Below are positions 1-10,388 of a stretch of DNA of 64,000 bases, piece after piece. The position numbers were made by a program, and so were the translations under genes. Under the pieces are notes generated by a model. It saw only the letters and a list, made by a program, of their open reading frames with translations, did no database searches and was not told the DNA's origin. This DNA is from a virus. The stretch's first letter is position 1, and each line of letters opens with the position of its first letter. The stretch spans positions 32,001 through 96,000 of IMG/VR virus record IMGVR_UViG_3300043570_004127, one strand, 5' to 3'.

Positions 1-1
1 C

Positions 2-1780
2 CGTGAGTTTGGCTACAAACACGATTTCACCATAGACCCAGACGTTCTTAGGTTTGATTTACCGAACCCAGTCAATGTCGCTAATGGTGTATATAAAGAC
101 AACGAGTGGTTGTATCTCAGTTTTAGGTATGACCCAGTAAAAGTCAGAGCCGCAAAACTATTACCTGGGATAACTTGGCACGCAGAGTCAAAAGCGTGGC
201 GCGCGCCGATGACGGCAATCCGTGAAGTCATCAAATGGGCTGAAACCTTCGGTGAACGAATCAATGGTGACATAACCACAGAAGCAGACGCATTGGACGT
301 GGAACGAACTGAAGCAATCGCATCGTCAAAGGCAAAAGACGCCGTACTGGAGATTCCCACCCTCAACGGAGAGTTGCTTTCATACCAAAAGGCAGGGATT
401 GTTTACGCATCTAAGGCGAGACGGTGTTTTATCGCTGACGATATGGGACTTGGTAAAACAATGCAAGCCATCGGCACGTTGGAAAACACCAACAGCTATC
501 CAGCTGTTGTTGTTTGCCCTCCGGGACTGGTGTTGAACTGGCGTGATGAGTTCAACAAGTGGCTTCCTCATCGAAACGTTGTCTACGTAACCAACCGTTC
601 CGAGTTCCCCGAACCACTTAGTTACGATGTGCTTGTTATTGGTTACAGCAACATTGACCACTGGTGCAATCTGCTTTTAAAGCACAACGCATATGTTTAC
701 GACGAGAGTCATTACGCAAAGACACCGACAGCCAAACGGACGAAGTCGGCAATCAAGATGGCAAGGTCAGCTCCGGCTGATGGCCTTGTACTTTGTCTTA
801 CCGGAACACCGATAACCAATCGTCCTGCGGAGTATGCGGCACAATTAGACATACTTGGACAGTTGAATAAGTTCGGTGGGTTATGGGGTTTCTACCGTAG
901 ATATTGCGGAGCGTTTCGTGACCGTTTCGGGCAATGGCATGTTGATGGCGCGACAAACCTGGAAGAACTCAACGACACATTGCGCGCAACTTGCTACATT
1001 CGTCGTACCAAGGAACAGGTTCTCTCAGAGCTTCCACCAGTACGTCACTCACGTGTGATTGTTACTGGTTCACAAGCAGCGATGAAGGAGTACACGGAAG
1101 CCCGTGACGATATTGTTCAGTATCTCGTCGACCGTGCACGCGAAATTGCATTAGAGATAGGTGCATCACCGTATTCCGCAGCCGTACGCACGCGCATACG
1201 CGCGGAGTCGCACGAACACTTGATGCGAATGTCCGTGCTTCGCCGGCTTGCAGCCAAAGCAAAGATGGACGCGGCGTACGAATGGATTGACGAAAAGATA
1301 GCCGCAGGAGAAAAGGTCGTTGTAGCAGCACACCATCGAGACATAGTTGATGCAATTTCCAATCATTACTGTGGCTTGAAGATTCAGGGCGGTATGAACG
1401 TAGAAGACGTCCAGAAGGCTAAAGCTTTATTCCAGAACGGCAGTATCGATGAAGCCCCAGTGATTGTTCTTTCTATCCAAGCAGCAAAGACGGGCCACAC
1501 GCTCACATCGGCACAGGAAGTGTTGTTTATTGAGCTTCCATGGACACCCGCAGATGTTGACCAGACTTACAGTCGCTGTCACAGAATTGGACAGAAGGGT
1601 TCAGTAATGGCAACGTATTTGTTGACCGCAGGAACGATTGATGAAGAGATATTTTCTTTGATTCAAGCGAAGCGTGGCGTTGTTAATGCCGCAACCGAAG
1701 GTACGGACATCGAAAGTATTGCCGGCGCAGAAGATATCGTGATGAACTTCCTGCAAAAAGGTCTTGACTTTAATAAATAG
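2..1780 (+). CDS. SNF2/SWI2-family (HARP-like) helicase, 5'-truncated by window edge
   Basis: ADDMGLGKT Walker A, DESH Walker B, LTGTP, QxxSRCHRIGQ motif VI. The frame is open from base 2, upstream of the ORF-track start at 110. Confidence 0.9.
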   Translation, partial: REFGYKHDFTIDPDVLRFDLPNPVNVANGVYKDNEWLYLSFRYDPVKVRAAKLLPGITWHAESKAWRAPMTAIREVIKWAETFGERINGDITTEADALDVERTEAIASSKAKDAVLEIPTLNGELLSYQKAGIVYASKARRCFIADDMGLGKTMQAIGTLENTNSYPAVVVCPPGLVLNWRDEFNKWLPHRNVVYVTNRSEFPEPLSYDVLVIGYSNIDHWCNLLLKHNAYVYDESHYAKTPTAKRTKSAIKMARSAPADGLVLCLTGTPITNRPAEYAAQLDILGQLNKFGGLWGFYRRYCGAFRDRFGQWHVDGATNLEELNDTLRATCYIRRTKEQVLSELPPVRHSRVIVTGSQAAMKEYTEARDDIVQYLVDRAREIALEIGASPYSAAVRTRIRAESHEHLMRMSVLRRLAAKAKMDAAYEWIDEKIAAGEKVVVAAHHRDIVDAISNHYCGLKIQGGMNVEDVQKAKALFQNGSIDEAPVIVLSIQAAKTGHTLTSAQEVLFIELPWTPADVDQTYSRCHRIGQKGSVMATYLLTAGTIDEEIFSLIQAKRGVVNAATEGTDIESIAGAEDIVMNFLQKGLDFNK

Positions 1781-1792
1781 AAACGGTATTAT
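1764..1792 (+). promoter_or_regulatory. sigma70-type promoter, leaderless
   Basis: TTGACT-17 nt-TATTAT, then 6 nt, then ATG at 1799. Confidence 0.7.
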
Positions 1793-1798
1793 CTACTC

Positions 1799-1984
1799 AT
1801 GGATAAAATAGAGTTTGAATTCCCAGCGAATGATGATGCTTGGGAACTTGAAGGGGAGTTGCTATTACTTTTCGACGATGGATTGATTGAGACATGCGGA
1901 GAAAACGAGAACGGTGAACCGCTAATCCGCATTACAGAGAAGGGTGTGGCCTATATGGAAACGCTCAAGGCTATTGATGACTGA
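1799..1984 (+). CDS. small acidic hypothetical protein (winged-helix-like C-terminus)
   Basis: 61-aa ORF directly behind a promoter; ITEKG wing-like motif. Confidence 0.6.
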   Translation: MDKIEFEFPANDDAWELEGELLLLFDDGLIETCGENENGEPLIRITEKGVAYMETLKAIDD

Positions 1985-2435
1985 TATAAACAAGAAAGCC
2001 GCACCGCAGCGTTTAGTGTTAGAGATTTCCCGTTCTGGTTCGTGGGGAAAAGTTCAATACGCCCATCGGCTTGAGTGTGGTCATAGTGAATACCGCAAAC
2101 GTGCATTGACAACGGAGAAGATTGCATGCACTCTTTGCGTGAAGGCACAGCATGCCCGTGACACTCTTACCGAGATAGCAAGAGCGACAACAATCGAATA
2201 TGCAGAACCAGTCTGGGTAGATGAGGATGCTTCGGACATAGCAACCGCAGAGACCGATATCGGAAAACTAAGAGCATCCCTCGCTTCGGTTCTGGGTCTT
2301 AGCGCTGAAGCTATAGACGTTATCTCGGAATACAACGAAGAAGGATTACAGATATCCTATGTTGTTGTGTTCATGGATGCCGAACAGGCGATACGTATTG
2401 CCGGCCGCTCAAAGGCCGAGATTATCGAGGTCTAG
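1977..2435 (+). CDS. hypothetical protein with Cys/His zinc-binding motif
   Basis: LECGH...CTLC; ATG at 1977 overlaps the upstream gene end. Confidence 0.65.
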   Translation: MTDINKKAAPQRLVLEISRSGSWGKVQYAHRLECGHSEYRKRALTTEKIACTLCVKAQHARDTLTEIARATTIEYAEPVWVDEDASDIATAETDIGKLRASLASVLGLSAEAIDVISEYNEEGLQISYVVVFMDAEQAIRIAGRSKAEIIEV

Positions 2436-3551
2436 CGCGTCTTGTTCTTGTTGGATTGTGTAGGCGCGTGTTCCAGGCCCAATCGGGTTAACCGAAGTGA
2501 TATTGATTTCATGGATAAGAAGATTACGTATCAACCAATGCAACGGATATGACCGTGGGTCTTTGTTGTGTTTCTTTCGAAACTCGGCACAGTATGCGCG
2601 CGCGCGAGTTTGCAAGCCTGGAGTAGCCATATTCTCGTCAACGCAGCGCTTAACACCACTCCAACCGTCTGCAGCGTATTGCATAATGCGTTTCTCTAGG
2701 TCGAAGTCTGTCCATAGCCGGCGTTGTGCGTCAATATGCGGGAAGCATTCGTATAAACGGTCGTAGAACTCAGGCTCTGTTGCCACAACATCACCAAGAC
2801 GGCGAATAGCGACAGCATGTAACGGTATGCCGACACGAGTGTTGCTACCCGTGAGAGCTGCTAGGTCGTAATACTCGCAGTACTCAGCTCCATGCTCTTC
2901 GGATATGAACTTAAGAACATCGTCAGTTTCCCAGTCGTAAATAACCTTGGCAAAGCGCAACGGAATGTTCTTTTTCATGCGATAGGGAATGACGATGTAG
3001 TTCTCGTGAAGTTTTTGCACACAAGAACGGTAGCGAATCATCGACTCATTAGCCCGAACACCCGTAATGAATGCAACCTTGCCCTTTTTGCCTTGCATAG
3101 TGTAGTAATCGACGGATTCCGGTATTGACTTGGATGGGTCAAGACCGAAGTGCTCTGCACGTATTGCCCACGGAGGCATCGGACGAACAAGACGACCTTG
3201 TTCTTCTCGAAACTTTGACCATAGCAAGCAGTATTCACGACGACCAAGTACCCACACTTCTGCTCCATACGGGAGGCAATACCATTCCATGTCAACCCAG
3301 TCGTAGTTGCGTACCTTCTCCACAAACTCGACTACGGAAGGGCTAACCATCTCTTCATCACGAAAGATTACTTTCACAGGACCGAGACCACGCTCTTCAT
3401 GTATCTCTTTTGCGAGATATAGAACTGCGGTTGAATCTTTCCCGCCAGAGAATTGCACGCACACGGTGTCAAACGTGTCATAGACGTGACGCATTCGTTC
3501 ACGAGCCGCATCTACGCAATCAATGTCCAGAAATAAACGTTGCCGTGTCAT
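2409..3551 (-). CDS. PAPS reductase-family protein (DUF3440/YbdN/IbrA-like)
   Basis: FSGGKDS PP-loop, GVRANES, IYDW motifs. Confidence 0.85.
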   Translation of the reverse strand: MTRQRLFLDIDCVDAARERMRHVYDTFDTVCVQFSGGKDSTAVLYLAKEIHEERGLGPVKVIFRDEEMVSPSVVEFVEKVRNYDWVDMEWYCLPYGAEVWVLGRREYCLLWSKFREEQGRLVRPMPPWAIRAEHFGLDPSKSIPESVDYYTMQGKKGKVAFITGVRANESMIRYRSCVQKLHENYIVIPYRMKKNIPLRFAKVIYDWETDDVLKFISEEHGAEYCEYYDLAALTGSNTRVGIPLHAVAIRRLGDVVATEPEFYDRLYECFPHIDAQRRLWTDFDLEKRIMQYAADGWSGVKRCVDENMATPGLQTRARAYCAEFRKKHNKDPRSYPLHWLIRNLLIHEINITSVNPIGPGTRAYTIQQEQDALDLDNLGL

Positions 3552-3586
3552 TTGATTATCCTACCCGGCATGTGTAGGATACGCAC

Positions 3587-3838
3587 ATGACAAAAAATCA
3601 TTACGAAGTCTACGAATTAGATATAAAAGACGACGGGCTCGATGTGTGGCAGGCCATCTGGGATAAGAAGGAAATAATTACCATCTACAGAGGAACTAAA
3701 TCAAATGAACAAATCTGCGTCACCAGAATGCAGACTATAAACGTAACCAGGGGAAAGAAAAAGTTTACCGTAGATGAGTTTTTAAAACTTGTTGACGAAT
3801 TCATCTCGGAAATCGTAAGTTTAGAAAAGAAGAATTAA
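3587..3838 (+). CDS. hypothetical protein
   Basis: 83-aa ORF with TAGGAT-N6-ATG start. Confidence 0.6.
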   Translation: MTKNHYEVYELDIKDDGLDVWQAIWDKKEIITIYRGTKSNEQICVTRMQTINVTRGKKKFTVDEFLKLVDEFISEIVSLEKKN

Positions 3839-3996
3839 AAATCGGAGTGACCTGGGAAGAAAGGAAAGAAAGTCCCAGGCCACTCCTAATTGCGGAGGCG
3901 CTTCCAGGTCCGGTCGGAGTGGAAACGCTCTTGCACAACTTGACAGTATTCTATACATACTTGCGCAGGTGGTAGAGTAAGTCACAAGGAGATTCC

Positions 3997-5022
3997 ATGG
4001 CACACGAACTTGAAATTAAAGGGCAGAAAGCGAAGATGGCCTATGCCACCGGTGGCGGGAGAATGACTCCATGGCATCGGCTTGGTGTTCCGATGGAAGG
4101 CCTCCAGACGATGGAGCAAATGCTCGAAGCCGCACAAGCCGACTACGACGTCATTCTTACCCGTGTTGCTGCAGTGGACGACAAAGGCGACCTAATACGG
4201 AACTCGGACGGTTCCGTCGTTCTAGTAGAGGACAGCAGGGCAACGGTCCGTCAGAATCTCGATGGTTCTTTCAATGCGCTTGCAACCGTAGGAACCAGGT
4301 ACGAAGTCCGCCAAAACCGAGAGGTGCTAGAAAGAGCACTTGCTGTTGTTGGTGCTTCGAACGGAGATGCCGTGATGGACACCGTTGGAGTGCTTCGGAA
4401 CGGCTCACGATTCTTCGCAACCATTGAGCTTGGCGGGCTAGTCATTGACCCAGCAGGTGTAAACGACAAGATAGCTCGGTATTTGGTTGTCTCTGCAGGG
4501 CACGACGGCATTTGGCCTATTCGGTATGCGAACACCGACATCCGAGCAGTCTGTAGCAATACAGTTGTCCTTGGTTTGAAGAGCGCACAGCGTGTATTCA
4601 CGGCAAGACATACAAGAAATGTTGATGGAACGCTCGAAGAAGCGCGCCAAGTGCTGAATATTTCTGTCAAGTGGGCTGAATCGTTTGGTCAAGAAGCAGA
4701 AAGAATGCTTTCAATCCAAGCACCACTCGGCGGTAAGAAAATTGACTCAGTTATCGGAACCGTTTTCCCTAAAGACAAGGACGAAACAGAGCGTCAAAAG
4801 AATAATCGTGAAGAGATATACGAACTTGTTCGCAGTATTTACTTGAATGACAGAAATGCTGGCAAATTCGGCTTTAATGGTTGGTCTTTATACAACGCAA
4901 TAGTTGAATACATTGACTTCTATCGTTTGACCGACCCGATAGCCGGAGCAATCGCAGCAATGGACGAAAATTCTTCTAGTACACAAAAAAAGATACTTGC
5001 TCACCGAGCGGTGGTATCATAA
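3997..5022 (+). CDS. DUF932-family phage/plasmid protein
   Basis: MAHEL...PWHRLG N-terminus, HDG, IRAVCSNT, RHT, WSLYNAIVEY; AGGAG RBS. Confidence 0.85.
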   Translation: MAHELEIKGQKAKMAYATGGGRMTPWHRLGVPMEGLQTMEQMLEAAQADYDVILTRVAAVDDKGDLIRNSDGSVVLVEDSRATVRQNLDGSFNALATVGTRYEVRQNREVLERALAVVGASNGDAVMDTVGVLRNGSRFFATIELGGLVIDPAGVNDKIARYLVVSAGHDGIWPIRYANTDIRAVCSNTVVLGLKSAQRVFTARHTRNVDGTLEEARQVLNISVKWAESFGQEAERMLSIQAPLGGKKIDSVIGTVFPKDKDETERQKNNREEIYELVRSIYLNDRNAGKFGFNGWSLYNAIVEYIDFYRLTDPIAGAIAAMDENSSSTQKKILAHRAVVS

Positions 5023-5026
5023 GTAC

Positions 5027-5503
5027 ATGCCAAATAGCGAAGGTCCTTTCGATTGGGAAGATGAAAACGACCCAGTGTTCATTAGCGACGAAGATTACAG
5101 CGGGGAAGAATCAACTCCGCTAGAAGACTTCCGAAGACTCATGATTCAAGACAGAATCATCAGCGATTTCGTTAACGAGGCGTGGGATTTTGGTGGTATA
5201 GCCACTATCGCTGACGTTGTCAACCACATTGAGCGGAAAATAGGTTGGAGAACAGAAATAATTGCAGACAAGTCTGCGCTAGACGATTACATGTTTTTCG
5301 AGAACAACGTTTTTGACCGAGATATTTGGGATACTTACATAAATTCAGATGAATTTCAAGAACTTGTATACGAAGTTGCTTATCAGTCCGAGGTTTCCAT
5401 GAGGTTATTCGCAAAACGGGAATGTGGGCAGTTAACAGTCAGGGACAGGTTCAAAATGGCAGTCAGGAACTTGCTTTATAAATTAGTGAGATATTTCGAC
5501 TAG
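5027..5503 (+). CDS. acidic hypothetical protein
   Basis: ORF with TATCAT-N6-ATG start. Confidence 0.65.
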   Translation: MPNSEGPFDWEDENDPVFISDEDYSGEESTPLEDFRRLMIQDRIISDFVNEAWDFGGIATIADVVNHIERKIGWRTEIIADKSALDDYMFFENNVFDRDIWDTYINSDEFQELVYEVAYQSEVSMRLFAKRECGQLTVRDRFKMAVRNLLYKLVRYFD

Positions 5504-5543
5504 AAACTTGCAATTGCTTTGGCGGCTCTGTATCGTTGAGCGC

Positions 5544-5885
5544 ATGCAGGAACCCCAAAAAAGAAGCAGCCATATAAGCATCGGAAAACTTGATGCAGTT
5601 TCTGAACTGGATTTATTCTTTCCGAAAGAACCGTTGCCCAAATTTGTTGGTGACTGCAAAGGTCTTCCAACCGATTGGTGGTTTCCTGAGCATGGTGAAC
5701 GCACCAATGAAACATTTTCTCGCGCGCGTGAGATTTGCAAGACATGTCCTGTAAACGAGGAATGTCTAGAGTTTTCTTTACGCTCGCCAAACCTCCACGG
5801 CATGTGGGCTGGATTAACTCCGAAGCAACGTCAGGCTGAGCGTCGGCGACGATATCGTGCATCCTTGAAACCTAAAGCAAAGTAG
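5544..5885 (+). CDS. whiB: WhiB-family Fe-S transcription regulator
   Basis: C...WWFP...AREICKTCPVNEECL...GMWAG, with four Cys and a basic tail. Confidence 0.9.
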   Translation: MQEPQKRSSHISIGKLDAVSELDLFFPKEPLPKFVGDCKGLPTDWWFPEHGERTNETFSRAREICKTCPVNEECLEFSLRSPNLHGMWAGLTPKQRQAERRRRYRASLKPKAK

Positions 5886-5888
5886 CAC

Positions 5889-7631
5889 ATGGCCTCAGAA
5901 CAAGTACAACGAGTGCTCGACCGTTTGGACGGCGTGCATCAGAACACTCCAAAGCAATGGGGTGCTCGTTGTCCGTGCCGTAGTGATGACGAGAATCCGT
6001 CATTAAGTATCGGCGAAGGAGATGGTGGGGAGTTACTCATGACTTGCCATTACGGAGACCCGTGTGACTTCACCGAGATATGCAGCGCGTTAGGTCTCGA
6101 AGGGTCTCAGGTATCTGTTCGCAAGAAAGAACTCAACGCGAGCAAATCCCCAAAGAAGAAACGCAAGCTTACAAAGGTTTATCCGTACGAAGACGAGAAC
6201 GGCAATCTCCTTTACGAGAAACTTCGATACACGACCGAAGATGGTGCTAAGTCTTTTAGCCATCGCCGTATCGACCCGGACAATCCGACTGAATACATTT
6301 GGAGTGCGTCAGGAGTACGCAAAGTTCTTTACCGACTGCCACAAGTGATTGAGGCAATCGTAAACAGCCAAACAGTCTGGCTTGTCGAAGGCGAGAAAGA
6401 TGTAGACACGCTCGTATCAAAAGGTCTTTGTGCAACAACCATGTCAAGCGGAGCAGGACACTGGGAGCAAGAGTTCACAGACATTCTTGCTGGTGCAGAA
6501 TTCGTAGAGATTATTGCCGACAATGATGAGCCAGGCAAGAAGCATGCACTAAGTGTCCGTGAGCTTTTGCTGGCCGCTGGTGGCAACTGTCGTGTTCGTA
6601 TCTCACCGTATGGCAAGGACATTACCGACCACATCTCTTCCGGTCATAAAGCAAGCGAGTTGGTAGAGATTGATTACGAGCTCCCAGATGGACAAGCAGC
6701 AGAAATCTTGGAAACTCAAGATGAACACGATACAGAGGGAGAGCTTCTTGAGTCAATTAAGGAAGTGCTGGGCCGAGACGGTCTTACCATCTCCCAAAAA
6801 CTCAATCGTCTTTCGATGGTTATTAACACTTTCGATTCTCCAGAGACACAGGACGAAGGTCGCCTTGTTAATTGGCAGGAATTCTTGCGTGAAGCAGACA
6901 ACGATACGTACGAATGGGTTATCCCTGGTTTGCTGGAGAAGAGCGAGCGTGTAATCGTTGTAGCGGCGGAAGGCGTTGGTAAGACCATGCTCGCTCGCCA
7001 GGTTGCAATCTGTGCTGCTGCAGGAATACACCCATTCACATTCCAACCAATCCCACCCGTACGAACACTGACGATTGACCTTGAGAACCCTGAGCGTATT
7101 ATCCGTCGCGCATCGCGGAGCATCATGGAGAACGCAGTACGTAAGTCGGGGGTAAAGGAAGTAGACGCACGCCTGTACATTCGACCACAGGGAATCGACA
7201 TCTGTAACGACAAGGACCGCATGGTTATTGAGCAGTTGGTAGAGAGCGTTAAACCTCAACTCATTTGCATGGGTCCGCTGTACAAGTCTTATCTAGACAA
7301 CGGAACGAAGAGTTCAGAAGCACTAGCGATTGAGGTCGCACGTTTCCTAGACCGAATACGAGATGTTTACGGATGTGCTTTGTGGCTTGAACACCACGCC
7401 CCACTAGGTTCAACAATGTCTACCCGTGACCTTCGCCCATTTGGTTCTTCCGTCTGGTCGCGCTGGCCAGAGTTCGGTATCTCCATCACTCCAGACCCGA
7501 CGGCGCTTGAGGGGTATGTATACGATGTGCGACACTTCCGTGGCGCCCGTGACAAACGAGCCTGGCCTATCAAAATGAAGCGCAGTCTTACACTTCCATT
7601 CGAGGTCATAGAATTCATGAAAATGGATTAG
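5889..7631 (+). CDS. DNA primase-helicase (zinc finger + TOPRIM + RecA-like AAA_25)
   Basis: CPC...CH zinc site, VEGEKD and ADNDEPG TOPRIM motifs, AAEGVGKT Walker A, LEHH. Confidence 0.88.
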   Translation: MASEQVQRVLDRLDGVHQNTPKQWGARCPCRSDDENPSLSIGEGDGGELLMTCHYGDPCDFTEICSALGLEGSQVSVRKKELNASKSPKKKRKLTKVYPYEDENGNLLYEKLRYTTEDGAKSFSHRRIDPDNPTEYIWSASGVRKVLYRLPQVIEAIVNSQTVWLVEGEKDVDTLVSKGLCATTMSSGAGHWEQEFTDILAGAEFVEIIADNDEPGKKHALSVRELLLAAGGNCRVRISPYGKDITDHISSGHKASELVEIDYELPDGQAAEILETQDEHDTEGELLESIKEVLGRDGLTISQKLNRLSMVINTFDSPETQDEGRLVNWQEFLREADNDTYEWVIPGLLEKSERVIVVAAEGVGKTMLARQVAICAAAGIHPFTFQPIPPVRTLTIDLENPERIIRRASRSIMENAVRKSGVKEVDARLYIRPQGIDICNDKDRMVIEQLVESVKPQLICMGPLYKSYLDNGTKSSEALAIEVARFLDRIRDVYGCALWLEHHAPLGSTMSTRDLRPFGSSVWSRWPEFGISITPDPTALEGYVYDVRHFRGARDKRAWPIKMKRSLTLPFEVIEFMKMD

Positions 7632-7640
7632 ACTATTTAC

Positions 7641-8321
7641 ATGGCAGATAACGGGAAGGCTTTAACTAAGGAATTTCTGGCCGAACGTGATACCAGAATA
7701 TTTAAGATGAAGCAAGCAGGCCACTCAAACCAGGAGATAGGCAGACGCTTCGGTGTTAGCACCCAGGTGGTTGGCAAGGCAGTAGGTCGCCAGCTTGAGA
7801 GATTGAACCGTGAAGCCCTAATGGCCTATCCAGAAGTCCTCCGTATGGAACTGGAGAGACTCGACGCATTGCAACAAGCCATCTGGCCTATGACCCAACC
7901 AAGAAAGCAGCGAATGGACGATGGCACTGAAGTTATTCAGGAGCCAGACCTCAAAGCAATTCAGCAAGTTCTAGCAATTATCGACAGACGCGCAAAGCTT
8001 CTTGGTATGGAGCAAAACAACGTAAACATCCAAATGGATGTTGGTCTACAGACTCCAATCAGAGCAACACTTGCCGGAGCTGCCCCTAAGAGCGCTCATG
8101 ACCAGTTCAGCCCTGAAGCAGAAGTGCGTAAGCTTCTCGAAATCATGGGTAGCTCTGGCGTGATGCCGTTGAACGAGATTGAAAAGATTCTTGGTGCCAC
8201 AAAAGCGTTGGAATCAGTTAATCCGGGTGGATTTATCCATGATGCAGAGATTATTGATGAAGAAAACGATGATAGCGTTGCAATAACCGATGAAACGGAA
8301 GAGATAGATATCGATGAGTAA
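7641..8321 (+). CDS. HTH protein, possible terminase small subunit
   Basis: N-terminal HTH (SNQEIGRRFGVS), ELERLD...RRAKLLG pattern. Confidence 0.55.
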   Translation: MADNGKALTKEFLAERDTRIFKMKQAGHSNQEIGRRFGVSTQVVGKAVGRQLERLNREALMAYPEVLRMELERLDALQQAIWPMTQPRKQRMDDGTEVIQEPDLKAIQQVLAIIDRRAKLLGMEQNNVNIQMDVGLQTPIRATLAGAAPKSAHDQFSPEAEVRKLLEIMGSSGVMPLNEIEKILGATKALESVNPGGFIHDAEIIDEENDDSVAITDETEEIDIDE

Positions 8322-8784
8322 ACCAGAAAACATCAAACCAGAAATCATTAATTTACTTGACTTTCCTGAAGGCGAAAGCAAGGTGATAGCGGACATTCCG
8401 GTCATTGTGAAAGCAGTAGATATTCCAGAGGCTGTAGTTGCTAAAGAGATTGTTAAAGACGATGTTAAAGAACAAGGGAATATGGCAGCAGCAATGAATA
8501 AGGTTGCAGAAACCCTCAACCTGAACAGGAAAAAGAACACAGGTTCAAAGACTGGTGAGCCAGCACAACGTCAGGTCCTACTTCGGGCTTCAGCGGAAGA
8601 CCATGACAGATGGAAGAAAACAGCAGAGTTAAGAGGCGTGGCCTTATCCGAACTAATAAGAGAGTTGTGCAATCTTGCAGCACAAGAAGCGCTTGACTGC
8701 ACACACCCAGCAGAGTTCCGCCAAACGTACAAGTGGTCCGACACGTGTCTGAAGTGCAATACCAGACTTCGTGGTTGGCAGTGA
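8314..8784 (+). CDS. hypothetical protein, ribbon-helix-helix-like segment plus Cys motif
   Basis: VLLR...WKKTAELRGVALSELIR; CTHP...CLKC. Confidence 0.6.
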   Translation: MSKPENIKPEIINLLDFPEGESKVIADIPVIVKAVDIPEAVVAKEIVKDDVKEQGNMAAAMNKVAETLNLNRKKNTGSKTGEPAQRQVLLRASAEDHDRWKKTAELRGVALSELIRELCNLAAQEALDCTHPAEFRQTYKWSDTCLKCNTRLRGWQ

Positions 8785-8797
8785 ATAGGTTTTATAC

Positions 8798-9025
8798 ATG
8801 CAACTAAAGTATCTTTCCTTTAATGATTTCTTGGCAGATGTAAGTATTAAGTACGAGAAGTGGGTTAAGCAAGACCCTTCAATGAGGTACGGCCAGGTCT
8901 ACTTCAATCTACTTTCCGCATCGCGACCGGATATAGCCGAGACGATTCGCGGAACAATGCTCGACCCATTCCACAAGGACGAAGTGAAGAGCGAAACACA
9001 CAAGGTCGTTGAGAGTAAGTGGTGA
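8798..9025 (+). CDS. hypothetical phage protein
   Basis: RYGQVYFN...DPF motif; leaderless start. Confidence 0.65.
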   Translation: MQLKYLSFNDFLADVSIKYEKWVKQDPSMRYGQVYFNLLSASRPDIAETIRGTMLDPFHKDEVKSETHKVVESKW

Positions 9026-9026
9026 C

Positions 9027-9797
9027 ATGGGTGTGTCCGTTTATGACGATATCGTTCTTGGTTTTGTTCCTTCGACGCCTGCGACACCGTACGGAGAAGA
9101 AGTCCCAACCCTAAGTGCTGACGATTCTTTAATAGAATTCGCAATGACTCTCGGCTATCCGGTTGGATACGCACAGGAGCAAGAGGGAAGAATAATTCAG
9201 AACATAGTTCCAGTTTATAAGACTGAGCATGCGCAAATTTCTACATCCTCAAAATCTGAATTGGCGCTACATACCGAGACTGCGTTTCACCCGTACAAGC
9301 CTGACTATGTGCTTTTACTTTGTGTGCGCTCTGACCCAAGTGCAGAAACCACGTATGCGAACCTCGATGACATCTTGCCAAAGTTAGACAAGGACACAAT
9401 CCGCACGCTAATGAACCCGTGGTACCTCACAGGAATAGATGAGAGTTTTAGAACTCACGGAGAACCAGACGTACAGGTATCCCTGTCTGTTCTGGGGGTG
9501 TCTGACTCTGGATGGGAATTGACTTACGATGCGACGGTCATGACTGGCATAAATAATGCTGCCAGGAACGCGCTCGTGGAACTAAGTAGGGCGGTTGACG
9601 CTTCCGTCCAGGCGATAGCCCTCAAGACCGCGCAGCTCTTGGTCATGGATAACAAGACAACCGTTCATGGGAGGCGCCCATTCCAACCGAAATACGATGG
9701 TAGGGATAGATGGCTGAAGAGGGCCCTTGTCGTGAAGAATCTCCCACCCGAGGATGAGTATGAAGACGGAGTTATTACTACCAAGTTTCCAAGGTAG
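9027..9797 (+). CDS. TauD/clavaminate synthase-like Fe(II)/2OG dioxygenase
   Basis: LHTETAF (HxE), DNxxxVHGR, DRWLKR. Confidence 0.85.
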   Translation: MGVSVYDDIVLGFVPSTPATPYGEEVPTLSADDSLIEFAMTLGYPVGYAQEQEGRIIQNIVPVYKTEHAQISTSSKSELALHTETAFHPYKPDYVLLLCVRSDPSAETTYANLDDILPKLDKDTIRTLMNPWYLTGIDESFRTHGEPDVQVSLSVLGVSDSGWELTYDATVMTGINNAARNALVELSRAVDASVQAIALKTAQLLVMDNKTTVHGRRPFQPKYDGRDRWLKRALVVKNLPPEDEYEDGVITTKFPR

Positions 9798-10388
9798 TTA
9801 CATATTCCAGTTGCTTAGTCCGCCCTGGCTGTTGTCCATGATGTAGCGAGCTACCCGTAGGTTGCAGTCAATAGTTTTAAGCCCTTGCATGTAGTTCTCT
9901 ACGGCTTCATCGCCACATACCTTGGCTGTTACCGACCTCCATGAGGAGTTAATTTGAAGGAGGCCCGTATCGTATGTGCCGTTCTTATTGAGGGCATAGG
10001 TCATGTTTCCGTTGGCGTCCCAGGTGGCGTTTTGTGCTATCCGACGGCATCCTGATTCACGCCAGGCGATGTACGACCAGGTTTCTACTGGAAACAACCC
10101 GTAGGCCTCAAACACTGGTTCGAGCTTCGGGCAGCGCTTTGATTGGTCGGTTGGAACCTTTGCCCTACGACCAACGTGGTCATTCTTTACGGGTGGAAGG
10201 CTAGGAAGCTCTGTAAGCCCAAATCGCTTGATGAGAGTTGCCTGCTCGTCTGGTCCTTCGGTGGCCCGTATGGAGGCTGCTGGGGCCCTCTGAGGGGAAA
10301 CCACAGACTGGCTGGTCTCTCCAGATGGGAGGTTAATCCCAGCCATGAATAAGAGTATAGAAATTCCATATCCGTAAAGTGTGTTCAA
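9798..10388 (-). CDS. secreted lytic transglycosylase (SLT/lysozyme-like)
   Basis: N-terminal hydrophobic signal, IAWRES catalytic Glu, DTGLLQIN; AAGGA RBS before TTG. Confidence 0.8.
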   Translation of the reverse strand: MNTLYGYGISILLFMAGINLPSGETSQSVVSPQRAPAASIRATEGPDEQATLIKRFGLTELPSLPPVKNDHVGRRAKVPTDQSKRCPKLEPVFEAYGLFPVETWSYIAWRESGCRRIAQNATWDANGNMTYALNKNGTYDTGLLQINSSWRSVTAKVCGDEAVENYMQGLKTIDCNLRVARYIMDNSQGGLSNWNM

